A stretch of 63,844 nt of DNA, filler included, from Nemertoderma westbladi (taxonomy: Eukaryota; Animalia; Xenacoelomorpha), in assembly GCA_032718475.1 (NCBI GenBank). It is 4 parts of 4 records of this genome, joined end to end, with 100 filler letters (N's around TTAATTAATTAA, not from the genome) between each part and the next. Parts side by side here need not be neighbours in the genome. Positions count along the whole stretch, not along the records: positions 44,510 to 58,187 come from JAUCBJ010000146.1; 3 more parts are not named here. One strand, 5' to 3'. This document shows positions 46,086 to 58,287 of this stretch, one piece after another. Under the pieces are notes generated by a model. That model had not been told where the DNA came from, ran no database searches, and worked only from the letters and a program-made list of their open reading frames with translations. Positions within the stretch are counted from its first letter, which is position 1; every line of letters begins with the position of its first letter. The position numbers were made by a program, and so were the translations under genes.

Positions 46086-46825
46086 TATTTGTGCACAAAT
46101 ACATCGTGAATCAATCCTATTTGTGCACAAAGACATCGTGAATCAATCCTATTTGTGCACAAAGACATCGTGAATCAATCCTATTTGTGCACAAAGACAT
46201 CGTGAATCGATCCTATTTGTGCACAAATACATCGTGAATCGATCCTATTTGTGCACAAAGACATCGTGAATCGATCCTATCTGTGCATAAAGACACCGTG
46301 AATCAATCCTATTTGTGCACAAAGACATCGTGAATCGATCCTATCTGTGCACAAAGACACCGTGAATCAATCCTATTTGTGCACAAAGACATCGTGAATC
46401 GATCCTATTTGTGCACAAAGACATCGTGAATCGATCCTATCTGTGCACAAAGACACCGGGAATCAATCCTATTTGTGCACAAAGACATCGTGAATCGATC
46501 CTATTTGTGCACAAAGACATCGTGAATCGATCCTATTTGTGCACAAAGACATCGTGAATCGATCCTATTTGTGCACAAAGACATCGTGAATCAATCCTAT
46601 TTGTGCACAAAGACATCGTGAATCGATCCTATTTGTGCACAAATACATCGTGAATCGATCCTATTTGTGCACAAAGACATCGTGAATCGATCCTATTTGC
46701 GCACAAAGACATCGTGAATCAATCCTATTTGTGCACAAAGACATCGTGAATCAATCCTATTTGTGCACAAATACATCGTGAATCGATCCTATTTGTGCAC
46801 AAAGACATCGTGAATCGATCCTATT
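46085..46825. repeat. 32-bp minisatellite, about 23 units, with palindromic core tttgtgcacaaa
   Basis: ctatttgtgcacaaagacatcgtgaatcgatc. Confidence 0.94.
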
Positions 46826-47064
46826 ACCAGAATTTTGATAATGCCTATGTTAAAAAATTATGCCAAATTTTGACAGACTTTGCCATTTTTGACAAAAATT
46901 GACACATTTTGTTAAATATTTCACTTCAGCTATAACAATGAAAATTTAAAAAGTTGTAATGAGGGGTGTTAAGCATCACCATTCATTATTCGTGCCAAAT
47001 TTCACACAAGTTCGTTCATTTTTAGAATGCCTTTGAAATTTACAATTTGCATTCTTCAGAAAAC

Positions 47065-47176
47065 GCATACGATATGCTTAGCATACGATATGCTTAGCAT
47101 ACGATATGCTTAGCATACGATATGCTTAGCATACGATATGCTTAGCATACGATATGCTTAGCATACGATATGCTTA
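47065..47176. repeat. 16-bp minisatellite, 7 units
   Basis: gcatacgatatgctta. Confidence 0.9.
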
Positions 47177-47459
47177 ATATATATATACATATATACATAT
47201 ACATATATATATATAATATATATACGATATGCTTTTAGGATAATTTTGTCCATTGAAATGTTAGAATGCACACTCCACCGCAAGGGTTTTCCGGGTCGGT
47301 GATTTAATTTCTGAAGACAGTTTACTCATTTGACAGAGTCATGTCTGTCTGTGATTGCTGTCTGTGTATCCGTCAAAATTGAACCGATAGCTGAACAGAC
47401 AAGGTGGATGACATCAAACACGAAAACTGACTTCGGAAATTAAATCAGCAACCAAAAAT

Positions 47460-48733
47460 GGGCATTTCCACAGAAAATGGGACACGATATGAAAAAAATA
47501 AAACTTTAAAAAATAAGCAATATGTCAGGATTTATTGGGTAAAATTTCATAAATCGAATTTTACAATTTTAGAATTTGACAAAATTTACATTGATTTGAG
47601 GGTATAAAGTGGGAAATTTTACGATTATATCGACCATCATCAAGACTAATGTAAAAACGAAAAAAATACCAAAATTCAAGGCGAAATATTTTTTTTTACT
47701 GTTTATCCATATAGGCTATCCTTGGTATCATTGTAATCAGCCGTAAATGCACATTCCAATGAGGTAGTTCTACGCTATAAACATATAACGCTTCTCGTAC
47801 AATAAGCATTAAAAGCTACCTGTCCCCAATTGTAACGTCTGACACTTTTTTTTACATTTTGTCTCAATTACTTCTCTATTGTTTGGCAAACCAAATCGAA
47901 ATTAAAATGACTCAATGCCGACGTAAGATGGCGTCTCTTGTGCCATTTACAGCAATCCAGGCTACCACAAAGGCTGTGATTTCAGTGAATGAAGTTTGTA
48001 ACGTCCGACACATTGTAACGTCCGACACATTGTAACGTCCGACACATTGTAACGTCCGACACTATTTTTATTTAATATATTTAATGTCTAAATTGCAGTG
48101 TTTAGTTTACAAGGCATAAATAAATTAAAATGGGTTTCAATAATTGCGATTTACGACTCAAAATTCACCCCTGAGTATTTTGATAATATATTTGGCAATT
48201 GTTGGTGAAATTTAAAATGGTTTTCAGATTCGGAATCTGCAGATGAAGGCGGTTCTAATAGTACATTCCAAAGACGAAAAATAAAGCCGACATAGGTGGC
48301 TAAATATTGCTAATATTTATGTAACGTCCAACACGTAGCGTCCGACACCATTCCGCACAACTTTGAATTGAAAATGTCGGCTTCAAAAGATCTGCAGTGC
48401 AATTTCGAAAACCTTTTCGAAAAATAGAATGAGCTTTAATTTGAGCCCAAAAATAATAACATACCACCAGTCTTCGGCATTAATTGCAATCAAAAGTAAA
48501 ATATGTACAATAAAAAGTGTCCTATTTTTGTAACGTCCGACATCTTTTTAAAAGTCAACTGTTTAAGAAGAATAACGTTTCCCAATGCAGAGTATTTGCG
48601 ATATTCAGAAAGATGTATAAATTGTCTCATTTATTCAACGCAATCTGATGTAAATAACAGTATTTTCGTAAATTTAAAGAAAAACTTTCAAAAATCGAGA
48701 ATGTCCGTAACGTCCGACACCGTGGAATTGCCC
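47460..48733. mobile_element. Non-autonomous TIR DNA transposon (Sola2-like termini), 4-bp TSD AAAT
   Basis: AAAT|GGGCATTTCCAC ... GTGGAATTGCCC|AAAT; internal repeats of tgtaacgtccgacac; superfamily call is tentative. Confidence 0.7.
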
Positions 48734-49097
48734 AAATACCAAAACAAACAAGTTTTAGCAAGGTGGTATGATGTCCTTATAGTTTGACACACAGATCACA
48801 CATCGTCAGGACACAGACAGACTGACAGACAGACATAGAGACATAATAGTTTTCGTTAAGTGTAAAAATTGACGGTTGGAATGAAATCAGTGTCCAGGAA
48901 AACCCCCATAACATAACTTTCACCTAGAAAGAATGCTTTTGTTATATTTTGACAGACAAACCGTCAGAAACACAATCCCAGATAGACAGTTTTCACAGAC
49001 ATTTATACAGAGTAAGGTTAACATTATCACTCATAACTTTTGAACTATGTTAGCTTTTAACAAACGGTTAGAAGTTTTGAAATCCTCATAAAAATCT

Positions 49098-52000
49098 GCA
49101 CCAGGTGAGTACCTGGAGCACCTGGAGGTGGGAGCACCAGGTGGGAATCTGGAGCACCTGGAGGTGGGTGCACCAGGTGGGAACTTGGAGCACCTGGAGG
49201 TGGGTGCACCAGGTGGGAACCTGGAGCACCTGGAGGTGGGTGCACCAGGTGGGAACCTGGAGCACCTGGAGGTGGGTGCACCAGGTGGGAACCTGGAGGT
49301 GGGTGCACCAGGTGGGAACCTGGAGCACCTGGAGGTGGGTGCACCAGGTGGGAACCTGGAGCACCTGGAGGTGGGAGCACCAGGTGGGAACCTGGAGGTG
49401 GGTGCACCAGGTGGGAACCTGGAGCACCTGGAGGTGGGTGCACCAGGTGGGAACCTGGAGCACCTGGAGGTGGGTGCACCAGGTGGGAACCTGGAGCACC
49501 TGGAGGTGGGTGCACCAGGTGGGAACCTGGAGCACCTGGAGGTGGGTGCACCAGGTGGGAACCTGGAGCACCTGGAGGTGGGTGCACCAGGTGGGAACCT
49601 GGAGCACCTGGAGGTGGGAGCACCAGGTGGGAATCTGGAGCACCTGGAGGTGGGTGCACCAGGTGGGAACCTGGAGGTGGGTGCACCAGGTGGGAACCTG
49701 GAGCACCTGGAGGTGGGTGCACCAGGTGGGAACCTGGAGCACCTGGAGGTGGGAGCACCAGGTGGGAACCTGGAGGTGGGTGCACCAAGTGGGAACCTGG
49801 AGCACCTGGAGGTGGGTGCACCAGGTGGGAACCTGGAGCACCTGGAGGTGGGTGCACCAGGTGGGAACCTGGAGGTGGGTGCACCAGGTGGGAACCTGGA
49901 GCACCTGGAGGTGGGTGCACCAGGTGGAAACCTGGAGCACCTGGAGGTGGGAGCACCAGGTGGGAACCTGGAGGTGGGTGCACCAGGTGGGAACCTGGAG
50001 CACCTGGAGGTGGGAGCACCAGGTGGGAATCTGGAGCACCTGGAGGTGGGTGCACCAGGTGGGAACCTGGAGCACCTGGAGGTGGGTGCACCAGGTGGGA
50101 ACCTGGAGCACCTGGAGGTGGGTGCACCAGGTGGGAACCTGGAGCACCTGGAGGTGGGTGCACCAGGTGGGAACCTGGAGGTGGGTGCACCAGGTGGGAA
50201 CCTGGAGCACCTGGAGGTGGGTGCACCAGGTGGGAACCTGGAGCACCTGGAGGTGGGAGCACCAGGTGGGAACCTGGAGGTGGGTGCACCAAGTGGGAAC
50301 CTGGAGCACCTGGAGGTGGGTGCACCAGGTGGGAACCTGGAGCACCTGGAGGTGGGTGCACCAGGTGGGAACCTGGAGCACCTGGAGGTGGGTTCACCAG
50401 GTGGGAACCTGGAGGTGGGTGCACCAGGTGGGAACCTGGAGGTGGGTGCACCAGGTGGGAACCTGGAGCACCTGGAGGTGGGTTCACCAGGTGGGAACCT
50501 GGAGCACCTGGAGGTGGGTGCACCAGGTGGGAACCTGGAGCACCTGGAGGTGGGTGCACCAGGTGGGAACCTGGAGCACCTGGAGGTGGGTTCACCAGGT
50601 GGGAACCTGGAGCACCTGGAGGTGGGTGCACCAGGTGGGAACCTGGAGCACCTGGAGGTGGGTTCACCAGGTGGGAACCTGGAGCACCTGGAGGTGCGTT
50701 CACCAGGTGGGAACCTGGAGCACCTGGAGGTGGGTGCACCAGGTGGGAACCTGGAGCACCTGGAGGTGGGTGCATCAGGTGGGAACCTGGAGCACCTGGA
50801 GGTGGGTGCACCAGGTGGGAACCTGGAGCACCTGGAGGTGGGTGCACCAGGTGGGAACCTGGAGCACCTGGAGGTGGGTTCACCAGGTGGGAACCTGGAG
50901 GTGGGTGCACCAGGTGGGAACCTGGAGGTGGGTGCACCAGGTGGGAACCTGGAGCACCTGGAGGTGGGTGCACCAGGTGGGAACCTGGAGCACCTGGAGG
51001 TGGGTTCACCAGGTGGGAACCTGGAGCACCTGGAGGTGGGTGCACCAGGTGGGAACCTGGAGCACCTGGAGGTGGGTTCACCAGGTGGGAACCTGGAGCA
51101 CCTGGAGGTGGGTTCACCAGGTGGGAACCTGGAGCACCTGGAGGTGGGTGCACCAGGTGGGAACCTGGAGCACCTGGAGGTGGGTGCACCAGGTGGGAAC
51201 CTGGCGCACCTGGAGGTGGGTGCACCAGGTGGGAACCTGGAGCACCTGGAGGTGGGTGCACCAGGTGGGAACCTGGAGCACCTGGAGGTGGGTGCACCAG
51301 GTGGGAACCTGGAGCACCTGGAGGTGGGTGCACCAGGTGGGAACCTGGAGCACCTGGAGGTGGGTGCACCAGGTGGGAACCTGGAGCACCTGGAGGTGGG
51401 TTCACCAGGTGGGAACCTGGAGCACCTGGAGGTGGGTGCACCAGGTGGGAACCTGGAGCACCTGGAGGTGGGTGCACCAGGTGGGAACCTGGAGCACCTG
51501 GAGGTGGGTGCACCAGGTGGGAACCTGGAGCACCTGGAGGTGGGTGCACCAGGTGGGAACCTGGAGCACCTGGAGGTGGGTGCACCAGGTGGGAACCTGG
51601 AGCACCTGGAGGTGGGTGCACCAGGTGGGAACCTGGAGCACCTGGAGGTGGGTGCACCAGGTGGGAACCTGGAGCACCTGGAGGTGGGAGCACCAGGTGG
51701 GAACCTGGAGCACCTGGAGGTGGGTGCACCAGGTGGGAACCTGGAGCACCTGGAGGTGGGTGCACCAGGTGGGAACCTGGAGCACCTGGAGGTGGGTGCA
51801 CCAGGTGGGAACCTGGAGCACCTGGAGGTGGGTGCACCAGGTGGGAACCTGGAGCACCTGGAGGTGGGTTCACCAGGTGGGAACCTGGAGCACCTGGAGG
51901 TGGGAGCACCAGGTGGGAACCTGGAGCACCTGGAGGTGGGTGCACCAGGTGGGAACCTGGAGCACCTGGAGGTGGGTTCACCAGGTGGGAACTTGGAGCA

Positions 52001-53552
52001 CCTGGAGGTGGGTGCACCAGGTGGGAACTTGGAGCACCTGGAGGTGGGTGCACCAGGTGGGAATCTGGAGCACCTGGAGGTGGGTTCACCAGGTGGGAAC
52101 TTGGAGCACCTGGAGGTGGGTGCACCAGGTGGGAACCTGGAGTACCTGGAGGTGGGTGCACCAGGTGGGAACCTGGAGCACCTGGAGGTGGGTGCACCAG
52201 GTGGGAACCTGGAGCACCTGGAGGTGGGTGCACCAGGTGGGAACCTGGAGGTGGGTGCACCAAGTGGGAACCTGGAGCACCTGGAGGTGGGTGCACCAGG
52301 TGGGAACCTGGAGCACCTGGAGGTGGGTGCACCAGGTGGGAACCTGGAGCACCTGGAGGTGGGTGCACCAGGTGGGAACCTGGCGCACCTGGAGGTGGGT
52401 GCACCAGGTGGGAACCTGGAGCACCTGGAGGTGGGTGCACCAGGTGGGAACCTGGAGCACCTGGAGGTGGGAGCACCAGGTGGGAACCTGGAGGTGGGTG
52501 CACCAGGTGGGAACCTGGAGCACCTGGAGGTGGGTGCACCAGGTGGGAACCTGGAGCACCTGGAGGTGGGTGCACCAGGTGGGAACCTGGAGTACCTGGA
52601 GGTGGGTGCACCAGGTGGGAACCTGGAGCACCTGGAGGTGGGTGCACCAGGTGGGAACCTGGAGTACCTGGAGGTGGGTGCACCAGGTGGGAACCTGGAG
52701 CACCTGGAGGTGGGTGCACCAGGTGGGATCCTGGAGCACCTGGAGGTGGGTGCACCAGGTGGGAACCTGGAGCACCTGGAGGTGGGTGCACCAGGTGGGA
52801 ACCTGGCGCACCTGGAGGTGGGTGCACCAGGTGGGAACCTGGAGCACCTGGAGGTGGGTGCACCAGGTGGGAACCTGGAGCACCTGGAGGTGGGAGCACC
52901 AGGTGGGAACCTGGAGGTGGGTGCACCAGGTGGGAACCTGGAGCACCTGGAGGTGGGTGCACCAGGTGGAAACCTGGAGCACCTGGAGGTGGGAGCACCA
53001 GGTGGGAACCTGGAGGTGGGTGCACCAGGTGGGAACCTGGAGCACCTGGAGGTGGGTGCACCAGGTGGGAACCTGGAGCACCTGGAGGTGGGTGCACCAG
53101 GTGGGAACCTGGAGCACCTGGAGGTGGGTGCACCAGGTGGGAACCTGGCGCACCTGGAGGTGGGTGCACCAGGTGGGAACCTGGAGCACCTGGAGGTGGG
53201 TGCACCATGTGGGAACCTGGAGCACCTGGAGGTGGGTGCACCAGGTGGGAACCTGGAGCACCTGGAGGTGGGAGCACCAGGTGGGAACCTGGAGCACCTG
53301 GAGGTGGGTGCACCAGGTGGGAACCTGGAGCACCTGGAGGTGGGTGCACCAGGTGGGAACCTGGAGGTGGGAGCACCAGGTGGGAACCTGGAGGTGGGTG
53401 CACCAGGTGGGAACCTGGAGCACCTGGAGGTGGGTGCACCAGGTGGGAACCTGGAGCACCTGGAGGTGGGTGCACCAGGTGGGAACCTGGAGCACCTGGA
53501 GGTGGGTGCACCAGGTGGGAACCTGGTGCACCTGGAGGTGGGTGCATCAGGT
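49098..53552. repeat. GC-rich 36-bp minisatellite with 27-bp variants, over 120 units
   Basis: ggtgggtgcaccaggtgggaacctggagcacctgga; open in several frames on both strands. Confidence 0.96.
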
Positions 53553-53635
53553 TGGATTGAAAAGGAAAAATTGATTTTTTTCTGAATCAGTCAATCCAAT
53601 CTTTAAGGGTTTCAATTCAGTCTCTCGATCCCGGA

Positions 53636-54662
53636 GGTTCAGCTTCAGCTACAGGTTCAGCTTCAGCTACAGGTTCAGCTACAGGTTTAGCTTCAGCTAC
53701 AGGTTCAGCTACAGCTTCAGCTACAGGTTCAGCTTCAGGTTCAGCTACAGATTCAGCTACAGGTTCAGCTTCAGCTATAGGTTCAGCTGCAGCTACATGT
53801 TCAGCTTCAGCTACAGGTTCAGCTTCAGCTAGAGGTTCAGCTTCAGCTACAGGTTCAGCTACAGGTTCAGTTACAGGTTCAGCTACAGGTTCAGTTTCAG
53901 CTACAGGTTCAGCTACAGGTTCAGCTACAGGTTCAGCTACAGCTACAGGTTCAGCTTCAGCTACAGGTACAGCTACAGCTACATGTTCAGCTACAGGCTC
54001 AGCTATAGGTTCAGCTACAGGTTCAGCTACAGGTTCAGCTTCAAATACAGGTTCAGCTAAAGGTTCAGCTTCAGCTACAGGTTCAGCTTCAGCTACAAGT
54101 TCAGCTACAGGTTCAGCTTCAGCTACAGGTTCAGCTACAGGTTCAGCTACAGGTTCAACTTCAGGTACAGGTTCAGCTATAGGTTCAGCTACAGGTTCAG
54201 CTACAGGTTCAGCTTCAGCTACAGGTTCAGCTTCAAATACAGGTTCAGCTTCAGGTTCAGCTACAGGTTCAGCTTCAGCTACAGGTTCAGCTTCAGCTAC
54301 AGGTTCAGCTTCAGCTACAGGTTCAGCTATAGGTTCAGCTACAGGTTCAGCTTCAAATACAGGTTCAGCTTCAGCTACAGGTTCAGCTACAGGTTCAGCT
54401 TCAGCTACAGGTTCAGCTTCAGCTACAGGTTCAGCTTCAGCTACAGGTTCAGCTACAGCTACAGGTTCAGCTACAGGTTCAGCTACAGGTTCAGCTACAG
54501 GTTCAGCTTCAGCTACAGGTTCAGCTTCCGGTTCAGCTATAGGTTCAGCTAGGTTCATCTTCAGCTACAGGTTCAGCTTCAGCTACAGGTTCAGCTTCAG
54601 CTACAGGTTCAGCTTCAGCTACAGGATCAGCTACAGGTTCAGTTTCAGCTACAGGTTCAGCT
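53636..54662. repeat. Hexamer-based low-complexity array (12/18-bp units); minus strand reads (AEPV/AEAEPV)n
   Basis: aggttcagctac / aggttcagcttcagctac. Confidence 0.9.
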
Positions 54663-54669
54663 TACATGA

Positions 54670-55263
54670 ATTATATGGGATTCCTGAGGAAATTATTGCA
54701 GCTATCAGATCACTGTACGATGGTTCTACCACATTTGTTCACCACTGTTCATGTTCTGTTCATGTTCTGTTCATGGTGACACACTTGCACCCTTCTTGTT
54801 CATAATTGTGGTTGACTATGTTCTGCGCATGTCCTTAGATCATCATAACGATGATGGGGTGATGGTAACTCCACCTACTGGCTCCAGAAGTCGATATAAC
54901 CCAGCCAAGCATCTAATTGATGATTTAAGAGTACTCTCCGAGTCACTAGAGGGAACCTAACGGCACCTCAGCTCATTACAGCAACAGGTTGCTCCGAGTG
55001 TTCTTTTTGTTAATTCCAAGAAGACCAACATTTTGACAGTTAACTTTGAAAGTCCTCAGCAAGTCTCTGATCGGATGAGCATAATCTCAAAGGATGGTAT
55101 GCTTGAGCATGTGGACGACTTCTGATACCTGGGATCGTGGATCCGGAAGTCAGGTGAGGACCTTCGAATACGTAAGGGAAAGGCATGGGCAGCCTTGAAT
55201 AGGCTTTCCAGGATTTGGAAGTCACATAGGATTAATCGGAAACTTAAGGTTTGACTATTTAGA
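54670..55263 (+). mobile_element. Decayed RTE LINE fragment, same family as 37608-39051
   Basis: YGIPEEIIAAIRSLY, GDTLAPFLFIIVVDYVLRMSLD; stops and indels. Confidence 0.85.
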
Positions 55264-55602
55264 CTTAGAGCATTAGTAATTTTTGTGAACAAGTTAAGTT
55301 AAGTTGCGAAATGCACCGTCACAAACTTTTGATAATAATAATAATAGAAGTTGCAATCCCGTGAAAATATGAAAATATAAGCACCATTAAATAAAGTAGG
55401 ACAGAGGAATAACAAAATAGATATACTTTCCAGTTACTAATCACATCAGTTACTTATATATTTTATTCTTAATAAGTCATATAATCTGCATAAACCAAAA
55501 CCATACCAACCTGGCAAAATACTAAGATGGCAACACACCCTTAAATTCTACTTAAATAAAAAGCGTGCGAATTGCATGAATAGAAACCAACAACGCATTA
55601 TA

Positions 55603-56925
55603 TCATCCCAACACACTGAGACCAAGAAGTACAGACACATAGGCGCCAATGAGAATTGCGAAAAAGTATTGGGATATGAAGCCAACAAAAGGGTTCGGTT
55701 GACGTTGTGCGATAACGACCTGTGGTGCGGGAAGGGAGGGGGTGCTAGGTTGAGGTGCTGGTAGGGAAGGGGTGCCAGTTTGTGGTGCTGGTAGGGAAGG
55801 GGTGCCAGTTCGTGGTGCTGGTAGGGAAGGGGTGCCAGTTTGTGGTGCTGGTAGGGAAGGGGTGCCAGTTCGTGGTGCTGGTAGGGAAGGGGTGCCAGTT
55901 TGTGGTGCTGGTAGGGAAGGGGAGCCGGCAACGCGCTGACCCCTCCCTCTCCTGCCCAACCGGTCGCTGTATACCAATAAATAGCGAATGCGGACACCGT
56001 CGTTGTTGCTGACCACATAGTAACAGCCTCCACGACTACCAGAATGACGGCGAGACATATCCTCTACGATTTCGCAAACAGCGACACACTGAAGCCGGGA
56101 ACCCAACCCGCTGCAGCCCCAGCCGGGACTCGAGGGTGCGAAGGCCAGCGCCACAGACAGCCGGTTCGAGAAGTACATCCCTTCGCCGTACAACTGATCC
56201 ACATGGTCCCGACTCAGATGAGCGCACATCCCGTTGTGTAGGATCGAATAGAAGTTATCCAAACGGCTACCGTGGTACACCAACGTTGTTGATGAGTTTG
56301 CCGATCGCAGAAGGAAACGTTTGTTTGCGATTTCGTTTTGCGACACCTTAAATATAAACTCGGGAGGGAGGGATTCCTCGTCCTCTTCGGTTAATCGACA
56401 AATCTCCGATAATTCCTTAGATTTACATAAAATTAGAGAAAACTTCGGCGTAGTTAAAACATTTCGGATAAGAAGCTCCGCGGGTGATATCATATTAATA
56501 CTAGTTGTTATGGAGCCGGAACGGTATCTTAGCAACACGCTTCGATCGATCAGGGAGGCTATACGCAGAAGAGTACGGAACTCTACCTCAGTGTCGGTCG
56601 GTTGTTTCCGCGATTCTGAGGGATTTGGACGTGGGAACGGACGCAGCGTTGTGTTACGTCGGTAGCTATGCAGCGCCGCAGTAAACAGACTCCATATAAG
56701 GTCGTGAACCAGTACTCTGTCGTCGGGATCGGAGACGCAAGCTACACTGCTACCCCATCCGACACCCACATCCGCCGCCGGATCCGTGCGACAGTCAGTT
56801 ACCGGTCTACCGGACGGATATTGTTGAGGGTGAGGGCTTGGGCACTGCTCGTCTGTTAAGCTGTGCGTTGGCGTCTTGGGTGACGCACCTGCGGCGTCGC
56901 ATGCCGAGTTTCCGGTTCGCAACAT
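55603..56925 (-). CDS. PARP16: PARP16-like mono-ADP-ribosyltransferase, intronless, with C-terminal membrane anchor
   Basis: DLIWSLFTAALHSYRRNTTLRPFP, YHGSRLDNFYSILHNG, LYGEGMYFS, GW..SGLG..LQCVAVCEI, YYVVSNN..VRIRYLLVYS, hydrophobic tail FFAILIGAYVSVLLGLSVLG. Confidence 0.85.
   Translation of the reverse strand: MLRTGNSACDAAGASPKTPTHSLTDEQCPSPHPQQYPSGRPVTDCRTDPAADVGVGWGSSVACVSDPDDRVLVHDLIWSLFTAALHSYRRNTTLRPFPRPNPSESRKQPTDTEVEFRTLLRIASLIDRSVLLRYRSGSITTSINMISPAELLIRNVLTTPKFSLILCKSKELSEICRLTEEDEESLPPEFIFKVSQNEIANKRFLLRSANSSTTLVYHGSRLDNFYSILHNGMCAHLSRDHVDQLYGEGMYFSNRLSVALAFAPSSPGWGCSGLGSRLQCVAVCEIVEDMSRRHSGSRGGCYYVVSNNDGVRIRYLLVYSDRLGRRGRGQRVAGSPSLPAPQTGTPSLPAPRTGTPSLPAPQTGTPSLPAPRTGTPSLPAPQTGTPSLPAPQPSTPSLPAPQVVIAQRQPNPFVGFISQYFFAILIGAYVSVLLGLSVLG
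55725..55925 (-). repeat. In-frame 30-bp tandem repeat inside the PARP16-like CDS (PSLPAPQTGT x about 6)
   Basis: ggtgctggtagggaaggggtgccagtttgt. Confidence 0.9.
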
Positions 56926-58187
56926 CGCCTGTCTGCTGTCTGTCTGTATTACAGAACTACTGCCAGACTGTTACATAACAACTGGTGCAGTGGTACATTA
57001 GGCCTACCGGCTACCGGATTGAAGTTTTGAAGTTCATTAAGCTGTTAATCAGTTAATGATCAGTTGATGATCAGAAAATATGCTCTAATTCTACCGCCCA
57101 CCGGTACTGGTAGGTAGGTAGGCCGGGACTGTCTAAAACCCGGGCCGGTCCCGGTCTCGGTCCACTGAACCTAAAACATAAAACCCGGTCGGTCCAATTT
57201 TTGCCCGGTCCATACGAAAATTCCTAAAACCCGGTCCGAATAATTCCTAAAACCCTGTCCATAAACTCGCTGTCCCAAAAATGAAATGACTAGAACCCGG
57301 TCTCGGTCTTAAAGTTAAAATGTCTAAAACCCGGTCCCAATATCCCGGTCCAATTCTGTTTCTTTATTTTACCGTAGGTCTACAGTATAGTTTATAGATA
57401 TACATGTTAATTAAGTTCGATCCTAGGCGTACTTATACAGTATCGTGGCTCGGAAATTAGAACTGGGATCTTCCCGCGAATTTAGATCCAAGGCACACAT
57501 GCTCACATGCAGTAGATCCTAGACGAACTTATGGCAAACTTAGATACAAGGCGAACTTAGATACTACAGTAGATGAATTTCTGGTAAATTTAGACGTTGG
57601 CGAACATAGATCCTGGATGAACTTAGCTTAGATCCAAAGCGAACCTAAATCCATGGCGAACTTAGACCTGCTGAAAGTCGATCTGGGAAGAAATTAGATC
57701 AACGACAAACTTAGAGGCAGGAGAGCGAGAGAGTGGTTGAACTGATTAGCGCTACTGATGAGACGCCTTTTTTCCATTTCTGAACAAAATTATATTGAAA
57801 CATTAATTATTCGGTAGCATAATATTTTCATAATACAGTATCCCTCCTTGCCTCCTGGACTGTGAACATATAACATCACTTAAAATCTATTATGTATTAT
57901 CTTCTTTAGCAGCTACATTGCTGTTGCTGTTGGTTGTTTTGTTTCTGCTAATTCTATATATATTCATTCAAAATATAACATAAAAACATATTATAATTAT
58001 AAGTAACATTAATTAAATTAGTGAAAAGAACTACTATTTTTTATAGATTAGGGGTATTATTACGTAGAAACAATAAGAATAAGATACAAGAAAAATATTT
58101 GTTTATTTCGTTGATCAACTTTGTGCCAAATACTTCTACTAAAGTATTAGGAAATTTGAGGGATCTATCACTTGATATATCACTTTC

Positions 58188-58287
58188 NNNNNNNNNNNNN
58201 NNNNNNNNNNNNNNNNNNNNNNNNNNNNNNNTTAATTAATTAANNNNNNNNNNNNNNNNNNNNNNNNNNNNNNNNNNNNNNNNNNNN
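58188..58287. other. Artificial contig spacer
   Basis: N-TTAATTAATTAA-N cassette. Confidence 0.97.

Noticed and set aside
49057-54558. Collagen-like or structural proteins (HPPPGAPGSHLV, AEPV)
   Set aside because: Not a Gly-X-Y register, open in multiple frames, no signal peptide or unique domain; not called as CDS without expression data.
57124-57715. Clustered taaaacccggtcc and gcgaacttagatcc motifs upstream of PARP16 as promoter elements
   Set aside because: More like transposon subterminal repeats or decayed satellite; boundaries cannot be defined.
20539-58287. TTAATTAATTAA motif within N runs as a biological site
   Set aside because: Identical 100-nt cassette three times; a contig-joining linker.
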